A DNA stretch of 44,120 bases from Enterobacteria phage mEp213. Numbering within the stretch: position 1 is the stretch's first letter; the number at the start of each line of letters is the position of its first letter. The stretch lies in the sequence record NC_019720.1; one strand, written 5' to 3'. Under the pieces are notes generated by a model that was not told the DNA's origin, did not search any database, and saw only the letters and a program-made list of their open reading frames with translations. Both the position numbers and the translations under genes were made by a program. This document shows positions 1 to 9,461 of this stretch, in pieces.

Positions 1-501
1 GTGTTCACCATCATGGACCAGGAAATTGCCACTTTAAAACTCAATATCAACCAGCTGGCAGGGATAACCGGCGTACACCGTCAGACGGTTGCCGCGAGAC
101 TGAAAAATGTTGAACCTGCTCCAGGCAGCAACAGCAAGTTAAAGCTCTATCTGGTGACCGACATTCTGACCGAACTGATGATCCCTACCGTTTCGGCCAA
201 CATCGACGATATGCCCCCTTCTGACAGGCTGTCCCACTGGAAAGCAGAGAACGAGAGGCTGAAGTTCGAACAGGATACGGGGCAGTTAATACCCGCAGAT
301 GAAGTGGCGCGAGAATTCTCATTGATGGCGAAAGCCGTCGTCATGGTACTTGAAACCCTCCCGGATGTGCTCGAGCGCGACTGTGCTTTAACGCCTGCTG
401 CGGTAGTTCGTGTGCAAAGCGTTATCGATGATCTGCGCGACCAGATGGCGGAGAAGGTGCAGGACGCTGGAAAAGAGGAGGAGCAGCCTGAGGAGGACTG
501 A
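1..501 (+). CDS. Terminase small subunit (Nu1-like); likely start at ATG 14
   Basis: N-terminal HTH-like segment (LNINQLAGITGVHRQTVAARL), acidic C-terminus, stop overlaps large terminase start (TGATG); sits just downstream of cos if the genome is circularised. Confidence 0.6.
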   Translation: MFTIMDQEIATLKLNINQLAGITGVHRQTVAARLKNVEPAPGSNSKLKLYLVTDILTELMIPTVSANIDDMPPSDRLSHWKAENERLKFEQDTGQLIPADEVAREFSLMAKAVVMVLETLPDVLERDCALTPAAVVRVQSVIDDLRDQMAEKVQDAGKEEEQPEED

Positions 502-2603
502 TGGCAAAGCGGGCATCCGCCAGGGACATCCGCCGCGATGTTTCCGGTATTTTACGAGCCCCGCGTCGTATGCCGGTGGCCGATGCGGTCAGTACTTATA
601 TGCGCGTGCCAATGGGGGCGGGAAACTCAGTTCCGTGGGATCCGGATCTGGCACCCTATGTGATTGAGCCGATGAACTGTCTGGCATCGCGTGAATACGA
701 TGCGGTGGTGTTTGTGGGCCCAGCGCGAACGGGTAAAACCATCGGGCTGATTGACGGCTGGATCGTTTATAACATTGTCTGCGATCCGGCAGATATGCTT
801 GTAATTCAGGTATCTGAGGAAAAAGCGCGCGAGCATTCCAAAAAACGCCTGGACCGTACTTTTCGCTGTAGCCCTGAAGTTAAAACCCGGCTAAGCCCAA
901 GACGTAACGATAACAACGTCTACGACCGTACATTCCGCGCCGGTAACTATCTGAAGCTGGGCTGGCCATCCGTCAATATCATGTCGTCCTCGGACTATAA
1001 AAGTGTGGCGCTGACGGATTATGACCGCTTTCCGGAAGATATCGACGGGGAGGGGGATGCTTTTTCACTGGCATCGAAACGAACCACGACATTCATGTCC
1101 TCCGGGATGACGCTGGTTGAGAGCTCGCCCGGGAGGGATATCAGAGACACAAAATGGCGGCGCTCCACGCCCCATGAAGCCCCTCCGACCACCGGAATTT
1201 TATCGCTCTATAACCGTGGTGACCGCCGTCGTCTTTACTGGCCATGCCCGCATTGCGGCGAATATTTCCAGCCGGAAATGGACAATATGACCGGATACCG
1301 CGACAGCAGCGATCCTGTGCTTGCCAGCGAAGCGGCGTTTCTTCAGTGCCCTGCCTGTAAAGGCAGGATCACACCGGACATGAAGCGTGCGCTTAACATG
1401 AAATGTGTCTGGCTCCGGGACGGGCAAACCATCGACAGGAAAGGCCTGGTTAGCGGTGATGGCCGTCGTTCCCGTATTGCCTCCTTCTGGATGGAAGGTC
1501 CGGCAGCTGCTTACCAGACCTGGGCGCAGCTTATTTATAAGTTTCTGACCGCCGAGCAGGAATATGAATCCACGCGCAGCGAAGAAACCCTGAAGACGGT
1601 GATCAACACCGATTTCGGCAGGCCCTATTTGCCGCGGGCCAGCATGGAGCAGCGTAAAAGTGAATTGCTCGAGCAGCGTGCCGAAGAAGTCCCAAAACGT
1701 TCGGTACCCGATGGCGTGCAGTTTCTCACTGCGACCGTGGACGTGCAGGCCGGGCGCAACCGGCGCTTTGTTGTGCAGATTACGGGTTATGGAAGTATGG
1801 GTGAGCGCTGGATAGTTGACCGTTACAACATCCGGCATTCGCTGCGCTGCGACGGCAACGGGGAAAGCATTCAGGTGGATCCGGCGAGCTATCCGGAGGA
1901 CTGGGATCTTTTACTCACCGACGTCTTTGATAAAACGTGGCCACTCGCAGCTGACCCGTCAAAGGGCATGCGGCTGATGTCGATGGCCGTGGACTCAGGG
2001 GGTGAAGATGGCGTGACGGATAATGCCTACAAATTCTGGCGCAGATGTCGCCGTGAGGGGCTGGGTAAGCGTATCTATCTCTTCAAGGGGGACAGCGTCA
2101 GGCGCAGCAAACTTATCCAGCGAACGTTTCCCGACAACACGGGCAGATCAACGCGCCGCGCACAGGCGACGGGTGATGTGCCTCTTTATCTTCTCCAGAC
2201 CGATGCCCTTAAAGACCGGGTGAATAATGCGCTGTGGCGTGATTCACCCGGCCCTGGCTATGTGCATTTCCCCGCCTGGCTGGGCAGCTGGTTCTATGAC
2301 GAACTGACGTATGAGGAACGCTCGAATGAAGGGAAATGGAGTAAGCCCGGCCGGGGCGCAAACGAAGCATTTGACCTGCTCGTTTATGCCGACGCGCTCG
2401 CCATCCTTAGTGGTTACGAAAAAATCAAATGGCCGTCAGCTCCTGAGTGGGCACGGCGGGAAACGTGGATCGAGGACACGCAGACGGAAACTGGCGAAAT
2501 GCCATCCCCGCCGCCTGCGCCGAAATCTAAATCAAAACCAAAACGTGAGAAGCCCGTAACCGAGCAGGCTAATCCGTGGTCTTCGTCAGGAGGTTGGGTG
2601 TGA
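501..2603 (+). CDS. Terminase large subunit (lambda gpA family)
   Basis: 700 aa; P-loop-like GPARTGKT, typical gpA-family length and position after small subunit. Confidence 0.9.
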   Translation: MAKRASARDIRRDVSGILRAPRRMPVADAVSTYMRVPMGAGNSVPWDPDLAPYVIEPMNCLASREYDAVVFVGPARTGKTIGLIDGWIVYNIVCDPADMLVIQVSEEKAREHSKKRLDRTFRCSPEVKTRLSPRRNDNNVYDRTFRAGNYLKLGWPSVNIMSSSDYKSVALTDYDRFPEDIDGEGDAFSLASKRTTTFMSSGMTLVESSPGRDIRDTKWRRSTPHEAPPTTGILSLYNRGDRRRLYWPCPHCGEYFQPEMDNMTGYRDSSDPVLASEAAFLQCPACKGRITPDMKRALNMKCVWLRDGQTIDRKGLVSGDGRRSRIASFWMEGPAAAYQTWAQLIYKFLTAEQEYESTRSEETLKTVINTDFGRPYLPRASMEQRKSELLEQRAEEVPKRSVPDGVQFLTATVDVQAGRNRRFVVQITGYGSMGERWIVDRYNIRHSLRCDGNGESIQVDPASYPEDWDLLLTDVFDKTWPLAADPSKGMRLMSMAVDSGGEDGVTDNAYKFWRRCRREGLGKRIYLFKGDSVRRSKLIQRTFPDNTGRSTRRAQATGDVPLYLLQTDALKDRVNNALWRDSPGPGYVHFPAWLGSWFYDELTYEERSNEGKWSKPGRGANEAFDLLVYADALAILSGYEKIKWPSAPEWARRETWIEDTQTETGEMPSPPPAPKSKSKPKREKPVTEQANPWSSSGGWV

Positions 2604-2815
2604 ATCCAGCAGATATTCAAAACATGATCGACAGCTACGCTGCAGCCGAGCTGTCTGTTCTGGAGGGGAAATCAATCACTTTCAACGGGCAGCAGATGAC
2701 GCTCGAAAACCTGTCGGAAATCAGAAAAGGCCGTCAGGAATGGGAGCGACGACTGGCTACGCTCAATAACAAACGCCGCGGGCGACCCGGCTACAGGCTG
2801 GCGAGGTTTGGATGA
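2600..2815 (+). CDS. Head-tail joining protein (gpW-like), GTG start
   Basis: About 71 aa between terminase and portal; AGGAGG 5 nt upstream of GTG 2600; stop overlaps portal ATG. Confidence 0.55.
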   Translation: MNPADIQNMIDSYAAAELSVLEGKSITFNGQQMTLENLSEIRKGRQEWERRLATLNNKRRGRPGYRLARFG

Positions 2816-4311
2816 GTTTTTTAGATGATGCGATAGGCCTGTTTTCACCAGGCTGGAAAGCCTCACGCCTGCGTGCCCGCGCAGTTATTAAGGCGTATGA
2901 GGCGGTAAAGCAAACGCGTACCCACAAAGCCCAGAAGGAAAATCGTTCAGCCGATCAGCTCAGCCAGATGGGGGCGGTTTCACTGAGGCAGCAGGCGCGC
3001 TGGCTGGACAACAACCACGATCTGGTGATTGGCGTTTTCGACAAGCTGGAAGAAAGGGTGGTGGGTGCGAAGGGCATCATAGTTGAACCGCATCCGATGC
3101 TGACTAACGGGAAGATAGCTAAAAAGCTGGCCACTGACATCCGCAGAAAGTGGGGCGAATGGTCCGTAAGACCCGATGTTACAACCCAGTTTACCCGCCC
3201 CATGCTGGAGCGGCTGATGCTGCGAACGTGGCTCCGGGACGGTGAGGTATTTGCTCAGCTGGTTCGCGGTACCGGAAATGGTCTTCAGCCGGTTGCTGGC
3301 GTGCCGTTCTGGCTGGAAGCGCTGGAGCCGGACTTCGTGCCGATGAACAGCGATGCCGCCACCCAGCTCAATCAGGGCGTTTTTGTCGATAACTGGGGGC
3401 GCCCGAAAAAATATCAGGTCTATAAAAGCCTGCCAGTATCCGGGCGTCAGTTCGATACCAAAGAGATAGATGCAGAAAACATGCTGCATCTCAAATTCAC
3501 ACGACGCCTGCACCAGACCCGCGGAACGTCTCTATTGTCAGGTGTTCTGATGCGTCTGAGCGCGCTGAAAGAGTACGAGGACTCGGAGCTTACTGCTGCC
3601 AGAATTGCTGCGGCACTCGGCATGTATATCAAAAAAGGCGACGGACAGAGCTTCGATTCTGATTCAAGCAGCGATGACCGCGAGCTGATGATTCAGCCCG
3701 GTATGCTCTATGACGAACTGCAGGCCGGGGAAGAAATCGGGATGATTAAATCCGATCGCCCGAACCCTAACCTCGAATCTTTTCGTAACGGACAGCTGCG
3801 TGCCGTGTCCGCCGGCAGTCGCCTCAGCTTTTCCAGCACATCCAGAAACTACAACGGAACGTACAGTGCCCAGCGGCAGGAGCTTGTCGAGTCAACCGAC
3901 GGATATCTGATTCTTCAGGACTGGTTCATCGGTTCAGTGACCCGGCCCATGTACCGGGCCTGGCTGAAGATGGCTATTGCTGCCGGAGAAATCAAGCTGC
4001 CGAGAGGCATCGATATGGACTCGCTTTATAACGCGGTTTATTCGGGGCCCGTTATGCCGTGGATTGATCCCGTTAAAGAAGCGAATGCCTGGAAAACGCA
4101 GATCCGCGGCGGTGCTGCTACTGAATCCGACTGGATACGTGCCAGCGGTCGCAACCCGGATGATGTTAAGTCACGCCGTAAAGCGGAGGTTGACGAGAAC
4201 CGTGAACAGGGACTGGTGTTTGACACCGACCCCGCCAATGATAAAGGAGGCACCAGTGCCGAAGCCAAAGAACCGGGCGCGCCACCGTCCGAAAGCCAGC
4301 GCAAAAAGTAA
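2812..4311 (+). CDS. Portal protein
   Basis: 499 aa directly after terminase and W-like gene; ATGA start overlap; acidic C-terminus. Confidence 0.85.
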   Translation: MSFLDDAIGLFSPGWKASRLRARAVIKAYEAVKQTRTHKAQKENRSADQLSQMGAVSLRQQARWLDNNHDLVIGVFDKLEERVVGAKGIIVEPHPMLTNGKIAKKLATDIRRKWGEWSVRPDVTTQFTRPMLERLMLRTWLRDGEVFAQLVRGTGNGLQPVAGVPFWLEALEPDFVPMNSDAATQLNQGVFVDNWGRPKKYQVYKSLPVSGRQFDTKEIDAENMLHLKFTRRLHQTRGTSLLSGVLMRLSALKEYEDSELTAARIAAALGMYIKKGDGQSFDSDSSSDDRELMIQPGMLYDELQAGEEIGMIKSDRPNPNLESFRNGQLRAVSAGSRLSFSSTSRNYNGTYSAQRQELVESTDGYLILQDWFIGSVTRPMYRAWLKMAIAAGEIKLPRGIDMDSLYNAVYSGPVMPWIDPVKEANAWKTQIRGGAATESDWIRASGRNPDDVKSRRKAEVDENREQGLVFDTDPANDKGGTSAEAKEPGAPPSESQRKK

Positions 4312-4324
4312 TTCGTGGTTCCGC

Positions 4325-6271
4325 ATGCAGGCCAGCAATAACAGCGAGGCCGACATTTTTATCTATGACGAAATCGGGTACTGGGGCGTAACGGCGAAAC
4401 AGTTCGTCAATGATCTCCGGGCACTTGGGGACGTCACCCACATCAACCTTTATATCAACTCGCCAGGTGGTGATGTCTTCGACGGTATTGCTATTTATAA
4501 CGCGCTGAAGCACCACGGCGCGGCGATTACCGTGCATATCGACGGTCTCGCGGCCTCCATGGCCTCGGTGATTGCGATGGTAGGCAATCCGGTCATCATG
4601 CCTGAAAACACGATGATGATGATCCATAAGCCCTGGGGGTTTGCTGGTGGTGACGCGAGCGATATGCGCGACTATGCAGATCTTCTCGACAAGGTTGAAT
4701 CCGTTCTTATCCCGGCTTATGCGCAGAAAACCGGAAAATCCACCGAAGAAATTGCGGCAATGCTGGAGGACGAAACCTGGATGAACGGCAGCGAGTGCCT
4801 TGAACTGGGTTTTGCCGACCAGGTGACACCATCCCTTCAGGCTATGGCCTGTATTCATTCAAAACGTATTGAGGAATTTGAAAAAATGCCAAAAAGCATT
4901 CGCAACATGATCACCCCGCCGCGCAACACTACCCAGCGTGACCCGGTTATTACCCAGCCTCAGGAACCGCAGGCAAAAACAGACCCGGCACCGGATGAAA
5001 ATGTGATCCGCGCGCAGGTGTTGGCTGAGCAGAAAGCCCGTGTTAACGCTATCGGCGATCTCTTTGCCATGTTCGGCAATAAGCACATGGAACTGCAGAA
5101 TCAGTGTGTGGCCGACCCTGATTGTTCCGTCGATAAGGCGAAAGATTTGCTGCTGGCAGAACTCGGTAAAACGGCCACGCCGTCCAATAAAACCACCCAG
5201 CCGCATATTCATGCGGGCAATGGTAACTTCGTCGCGGATGGTATTCGCCAGGCACTGATGGCGCGTGCCGGGTTCGAAGGTCAGGAGCGGGATAACGTTT
5301 ATAACGGTATGACGCTGCGCGAGTATGCGCGTATGGCCCTGACTGAAAAAGGTATCGGCGTGGCCAGCTACAACCCGATGCAGATGGTTGGCCTGGCGCT
5401 GACCCACAGCACCTCTGACTTTGGCAACATTCTGCTTGATGTTGCGAACAAAGCGCTGATTCAGGGCTGGGACGAGGCGCAGGAAACCTTCGAACAGTGG
5501 ACCAAAAAAGGCCAGCTGTCGGACTTCAAAACGGCGCATCGTGTCGGCATGGGTGGTTTCCCTTCTCTGCGACAGGTTCGCGAAGGGGCTGAGTACAAGT
5601 ACATCACTACCAGTGACAAAGGCGAAACCATCGCGCTTGCCACGTATGGTGAAATCTTCTCAGTAACCCGCCAGGCGATCATCAACGACGATCTGAACCA
5701 GCTTACCGACGTACCGATGAAGATGGGGCGCGCGGCGAAAGCAACGATTGGCGATCTGGTTTACGCCATTCTGACCAAAAACCCGAAACTCTCAGACGGA
5801 AAGGCGCTGTTCCATGCCGATCACAAGAACCTGAGCTCGGGCGCAATTTCTGTGGCCAGCCTGGACGAATCGCGCAAGCTGATGCGTCTGCAGAAGGAGA
5901 GGGAGCGAACCCTGAATATCCGTCCGGCCTACATGCTGGTGCCCGTCGCCCTGGAAACTCTGGCAAATCAGACCATCAAGTCGGCCAGTGTTAAAGGTGC
6001 AGACATCAATGCCGGGATCGTTAACCCTATCCAGAACTTTGCAGAAGTCATTGCCGAACCACGCCTGGATGAAGCTGATGCGAAAGCCTGGTATCTGGCT
6101 GCCGCGAAGGGCACCGACACCATCGAGGTCGCTTATCTCAACGGCGTCGACACGCCATACATCGATCAGCAGGAAGGCTTCACCACTGATGGTATCGCCA
6201 CGAAAGTGCGTATTGATGCCGGTGTGGCGCCGCTGGACTATCGCGGCATGACCAAATCCTCTGGTCAGTAA
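4325..6271 (+). CDS. Prohead protease (ClpP/S49-like) fused to scaffold-like linker and major capsid protein
   Basis: N-terminal ClpP-like segment (INSPGGDVFDGIAIYNAL...HIDGLAASMASVIAM), Pro/Gln-rich linker, C-terminal major-capsid-like domain; the listed 764-aa ORF is trimmed to ATG 4325 after the portal stop. Confidence 0.8.
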   Translation: MQASNNSEADIFIYDEIGYWGVTAKQFVNDLRALGDVTHINLYINSPGGDVFDGIAIYNALKHHGAAITVHIDGLAASMASVIAMVGNPVIMPENTMMMIHKPWGFAGGDASDMRDYADLLDKVESVLIPAYAQKTGKSTEEIAAMLEDETWMNGSECLELGFADQVTPSLQAMACIHSKRIEEFEKMPKSIRNMITPPRNTTQRDPVITQPQEPQAKTDPAPDENVIRAQVLAEQKARVNAIGDLFAMFGNKHMELQNQCVADPDCSVDKAKDLLLAELGKTATPSNKTTQPHIHAGNGNFVADGIRQALMARAGFEGQERDNVYNGMTLREYARMALTEKGIGVASYNPMQMVGLALTHSTSDFGNILLDVANKALIQGWDEAQETFEQWTKKGQLSDFKTAHRVGMGGFPSLRQVREGAEYKYITTSDKGETIALATYGEIFSVTRQAIINDDLNQLTDVPMKMGRAAKATIGDLVYAILTKNPKLSDGKALFHADHKNLSSGAISVASLDESRKLMRLQKERERTLNIRPAYMLVPVALETLANQTIKSASVKGADINAGIVNPIQNFAEVIAEPRLDEADAKAWYLAAAKGTDTIEVAYLNGVDTPYIDQQEGFTTDGIATKVRIDAGVAPLDYRGMTKSSGQ

Positions 6272-6293
6272 AAAACAGTCCTGACAAACAGAC

Positions 6294-6312
6294 GCCCGTA
6301 AGGGCTTTTTTT
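6294..6312 (+). terminator. Intrinsic terminator-like hairpin after capsid gene
   Basis: GCCC-GTAA-GGGC stem-loop followed by T7; a second hairpin (CAGCCCC-GCAA-GGGGCTG, 6324-6341) sits next to the following RBS. Confidence 0.5.
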
Positions 6313-6353
6313 ATACCTGAAACCAGCCCCGCAAGGGGCTGAATGGAGAAGTT

Positions 6354-6680
6354 ATGGCTAAGAACTATGCGCAGGACGGGAAAACGATCCCTCTGGTAAA
6401 CGGCGGTGCAACCGATGTTCACAGCGGCGACCCGGTTGTTGTTGGAAAACTTATCGCGGTGGCAATTACCGATATCCCGGCTGGCGATACCGGGGACGGT
6501 TTTACTGAGGGTGTTTTCCTTCTGCCAAAAGTATCCGCAGATGCGGTTAATGCCGGGGCGCAGGTGTATCTGAAGGACGGCAAAATCACGATCGAAGAAA
6601 CGGACGCCGTTGCCGCGGGCATCGCCTGGGAAGATGCAGGGGCAAACACCACCGTTGTTGAAGTTAAGATCAATGCCTAA
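6354..6680 (+). CDS. Small capsid-associated protein (DUF2190-like, possible head decoration)
   Basis: 108 aa, Gly/Ala/Val-rich beta-type composition immediately after major capsid gene; GGAGAA RBS; family assignment from memory. Confidence 0.5.
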   Translation: MAKNYAQDGKTIPLVNGGATDVHSGDPVVVGKLIAVAITDIPAGDTGDGFTEGVFLLPKVSADAVNAGAQVYLKDGKITIEETDAVAAGIAWEDAGANTTVVEVKINA

Positions 6681-6948
6681 CCCCTTTGACCGGATGGCGG
6701 CGCGCATGGACGCGGCCACCATAAAAAAGATGGGAAAGACAGCGATCATCAATGGCAGCAGCTATGACGTTGTTCCAGCCGATCAACTCGAGGAAATGGG
6801 ACCATTGTCGGGAACAGGTACTTCGCTGGTGGTTTTCTCTGAGCTTTACCAGCCACGCCGAAACGACAGCGTCGACTACGACGGTAAGAACCTGACCGTT
6901 ACCCGCTATGACATGTTCAACGGAAAACCCCACATCCATCTCGAATGA
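6673..6948 (+). CDS. Head completion/head-tail adaptor (gpFII-like)
   Basis: 91 aa; start overlaps upstream stop; motif pattern resembles lambda FII from memory; position before gpZ. Confidence 0.5.
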   Translation: MPNPFDRMAARMDAATIKKMGKTAIINGSSYDVVPADQLEEMGPLSGTGTSLVVFSELYQPRRNDSVDYDGKNLTVTRYDMFNGKPHIHLE

Positions 6949-6957
6949 GGAGGCGCT

Positions 6958-7536
6958 ATGTCTGTGAAAGGACTGGAAAGGGCTATTCAGAACCTGAACA
7001 GCCTCAGCCGGTTAATCGTTCCTGAGGCAACCGCAAAAGCACTAAACCGGGTGGCCAGCAGAACGATAAGCCAGGGGAGCAAAGCTGTAGCGAAAGAAGC
7101 AACAGTTGATGATAACCGGAAAAAGGGACTTCCGGTTCGTCTGGTCCGCCAGCGTTCCCGTCTGCGCAAGGCTCGTCACGATCGCCAGGTCGCGTCGATA
7201 AAAATCAACCGCGGTAATCTTCCTGCGATAAAGCTCGGCACGGCGCGCGTCCGGCTCTCGCGTAAAAAAGGGGCCAGAAACGGAGCGGGCAGCGTCCTTA
7301 AAATCGGGCCCTATACCTTTCGTAACGCTTTTATCCAACAGCTCTCGAACGGGCGCTGGCAGGTCATGCGGCGCGTAGGTCAGGCCCGTTATCCGATTGA
7401 TGTGGTCAAAGTTCCTCTTGAGACACCGCTCACCGTGGCCTTCACCGCTATTTCAAAGCGCCTTATTGAAAGCGATATGCCCAAAGAACTTTCCGCAGCC
7501 CTGAAAAACCAACTGAGGATCCACCTGAAGCGATGA
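6958..7536 (+). CDS. Z: Tail completion protein Z
   Basis: 192 aa; close match to remembered lambda gpZ (NRVASR...SQ, KINRG.LP.IKLG.ARV.LSR, NGRW.VM.RV...RYPIDVVK.P). Confidence 0.85.
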   Translation: MSVKGLERAIQNLNSLSRLIVPEATAKALNRVASRTISQGSKAVAKEATVDDNRKKGLPVRLVRQRSRLRKARHDRQVASIKINRGNLPAIKLGTARVRLSRKKGARNGAGSVLKIGPYTFRNAFIQQLSNGRWQVMRRVGQARYPIDVVKVPLETPLTVAFTAISKRLIESDMPKELSAALKNQLRIHLKR

Positions 7537-7934
7537 ACAGACACAGCGCAATTCGTGCAGCCATTCTGGCAAAACTGAAAGCCGAGATCACCGACACGGT
7601 CACCTGGTTTGACGGGCGCCCTGTTTTTCTTGAAGAGCAGGATCTCCCTGCCGTGGCTGTATACCTTTCTGACGCGGAGTACACCGGCGACTCGCTTGAC
7701 GAAGATTCGTGGCAGGCGGTTGTTCACATCGAGGTATTTCTTAAAGCCTCCAGCCCCGACAGCGCGCTTGATTCCTGGATGGAAGAGAAAGTGTATCCGG
7801 CAATGGCCTTCATCCCGGGTCTGACCGAACTGGTCGAGACGTTCACCCCGCAGGGTTATGACTATCAGCGGGATGATGAAATGGCCACCTGGGGTTCAGT
7901 CGATTTCACGTACTTAATCACCTATTCAATTTAA
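7533..7934 (+). CDS. U: Tail terminator protein U
   Basis: 133 aa; matches lambda gpU motifs (FDGRP.VF.E.D.PAVAVYL..AEYTG, HIEVFL, GYDY.RDD). Confidence 0.85.
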   Translation: MNRHSAIRAAILAKLKAEITDTVTWFDGRPVFLEEQDLPAVAVYLSDAEYTGDSLDEDSWQAVVHIEVFLKASSPDSALDSWMEEKVYPAMAFIPGLTELVETFTPQGYDYQRDDEMATWGSVDFTYLITYSI

Positions 7935-7943
7935 GAGGTACTT

Positions 7944-8687
7944 ATGCCTACTCCAAACCCGCTGGCCCCCGTGAAAGGTGCCGGTACCACACTCTGGCTT
8001 TACACCGGAACGGGCAACGCTTTCGCTAACCCACTCTCGGATATCGACTGGAACCGCCTGGCGAAAATTAAAGAGCTGACGCCGGGCGAAATGACCGCAG
8101 AATCGTATGACGACACTTACCTCGACGACGAGGATGCCGACTGGAACGCGACGGCCCAGGGGGCAAAATCTGCTGGCGATACCTCGTTCACCCTCGCCTG
8201 GAAGCCGGGCGAAGAAGGGCAAAAAGACCTTGTCGCATGGTTTATTGATGGCTCAGTACGTTATTACAAAATCAAATACCCGAACGGTACCGTCGACGTT
8301 TTCTGTGGCTGGTGCAGCAGCCTGGGTAAAGCCATTCCGGCAAAAGAGGTCATTACCCGTACAGCGAAAATCACCAATACCGGCAAGCCGGAACTGGCAG
8401 AAGAAAGCGGGACCCCGAATATCCCCGTGACCGGCGTTACGCTCGATAAAGCCACGGCAAGCGTGGTCGTCGGCGCAACCACAACGCTCAATGTGACGGT
8501 TAACCCTGCCAGTGCCTCAGATACCTCGTTCCGCGTGGCAACCTCCGACGGGGCAAAAGCAACGGTCACCGTTAGCGGCAACGCGATCACCGTCACCGGC
8601 GTGGCGGCAGGCACCGCTGACGTTATTGTTATGACCAGCGACGGTAATTTCGTTGCGGTCTGCAAAGTCACCGTAACTGCAGCGTAA
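7944..8687 (+). CDS. V: Major tail protein V with C-terminal Ig-like domain
   Basis: [15 protein letters not shown]...ANPLSD.DW.RLAK, NGTVDVF.GW.SS.GKA; Thr/Val-rich C-terminal repeats. Confidence 0.9.
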   Translation: MPTPNPLAPVKGAGTTLWLYTGTGNAFANPLSDIDWNRLAKIKELTPGEMTAESYDDTYLDDEDADWNATAQGAKSAGDTSFTLAWKPGEEGQKDLVAWFIDGSVRYYKIKYPNGTVDVFCGWCSSLGKAIPAKEVITRTAKITNTGKPELAEESGTPNIPVTGVTLDKATASVVVGATTTLNVTVNPASASDTSFRVATSDGAKATVTVSGNAITVTGVAAGTADVIVMTSDGNFVAVCKVTVTAA

Positions 8688-8697
8688 GGAAGGACGC

Positions 8698-9138
8698 ATG
8701 TTTCTGAAAAAAGAGAAGTTCACCTGGCAAACAGAGTCCCTGACCATCTTCGAGCTGTCGGCCCTTCAGCGTATTGAGTTCCTCACGTTTATGGCAAATG
8801 AGGAGAAGGCCGTCAGCGCTGACAGCGATGGCATAAGCGATCAGGAAGTCACGACCCGGCTGATAGGTTCAAATATTCGCTGCGGTGCGCGCTTGATCGC
8901 GATGTCTTTGTGGCATAACGAGCCGGCCGGCACGGATGTGGAAACGTTGTATCAGCAGGTCCTGAGCAGCTGGCCGCCGGAGGCTATCGGCAAAGCCGAA
9001 ATGCAGGTCAAGCTACTATCAGGCATGTTATTCCCCGTTGAAGATGAGAAAGTTGATCATCAGGACGTGGAGGGTTTAACTGACTCCTCTGCTAACGAAG
9101 AATCCGTTACCGCGGAAAAGCCCTTGCCAGCGAGCTGA
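8698..9138 (+). CDS. G: Tail assembly chaperone G
   Basis: MFLK....LSELSALQRIE...AMSLWHN matches lambda gpG. Confidence 0.85.
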   Translation: MFLKKEKFTWQTESLTIFELSALQRIEFLTFMANEEKAVSADSDGISDQEVTTRLIGSNIRCGARLIAMSLWHNEPAGTDVETLYQQVLSSWPPEAIGKAEMQVKLLSGMLFPVEDEKVDHQDVEGLTDSSANEESVTAEKPLPAS

Positions 9139-9461
9139 AGTTTGTCCTGAATCTGGCGCGCGAGTTCGGTCGACCCGACTGGCGCGCCATGCTGGCTGGG
9201 ATGACTTCCAGTGAACTGGGCGACTGGCACCTGTTCTACCGGGAGCATTATTTTCAGGACGCGCAGCTCGATGCGCATTTCTCCGGGCTGCTTTATTCCA
9301 TCTCCACTCTTTTCTTCCGCGATCCGGAACTTACCCCCGCACATTTCAGCCTGCTTTCTCCTTCGGAAAGCGTCATCAGCGATGACGAGCCGGATGATGA
9401 TACGCTGATGACCGCCGCTGAGGGGATAACAGGAGGTATCCGATATGGCCCAGCAGATTAG
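8698..9461 (+). CDS. T: Tail assembly chaperone GT fusion via programmed -1 frameshift (slip near 9114-9120)
   Basis: The -1 frame is open from 9096 to 9461 and overlaps the G 3' end; G GAA AAG sits at the lambda G-T slip position; T-frame stop overlaps H start. Confidence 0.65.

Noticed and set aside
3977-4324. N-terminal extension of the protease/capsid ORF overlapping the portal gene
   Set aside because: It lies in a different frame through the portal 3' end; the first in-frame ATG after the portal stop (4325) is the likely start.
1200-6752. Several long minus-strand ORFs inside terminase, portal and capsid genes (for example 1200-1838, 4166-4858, 4859-5539, 6180-6752)
   Set aside because: They are antisense to well-supported structural genes, lack RBS context and have odd composition.
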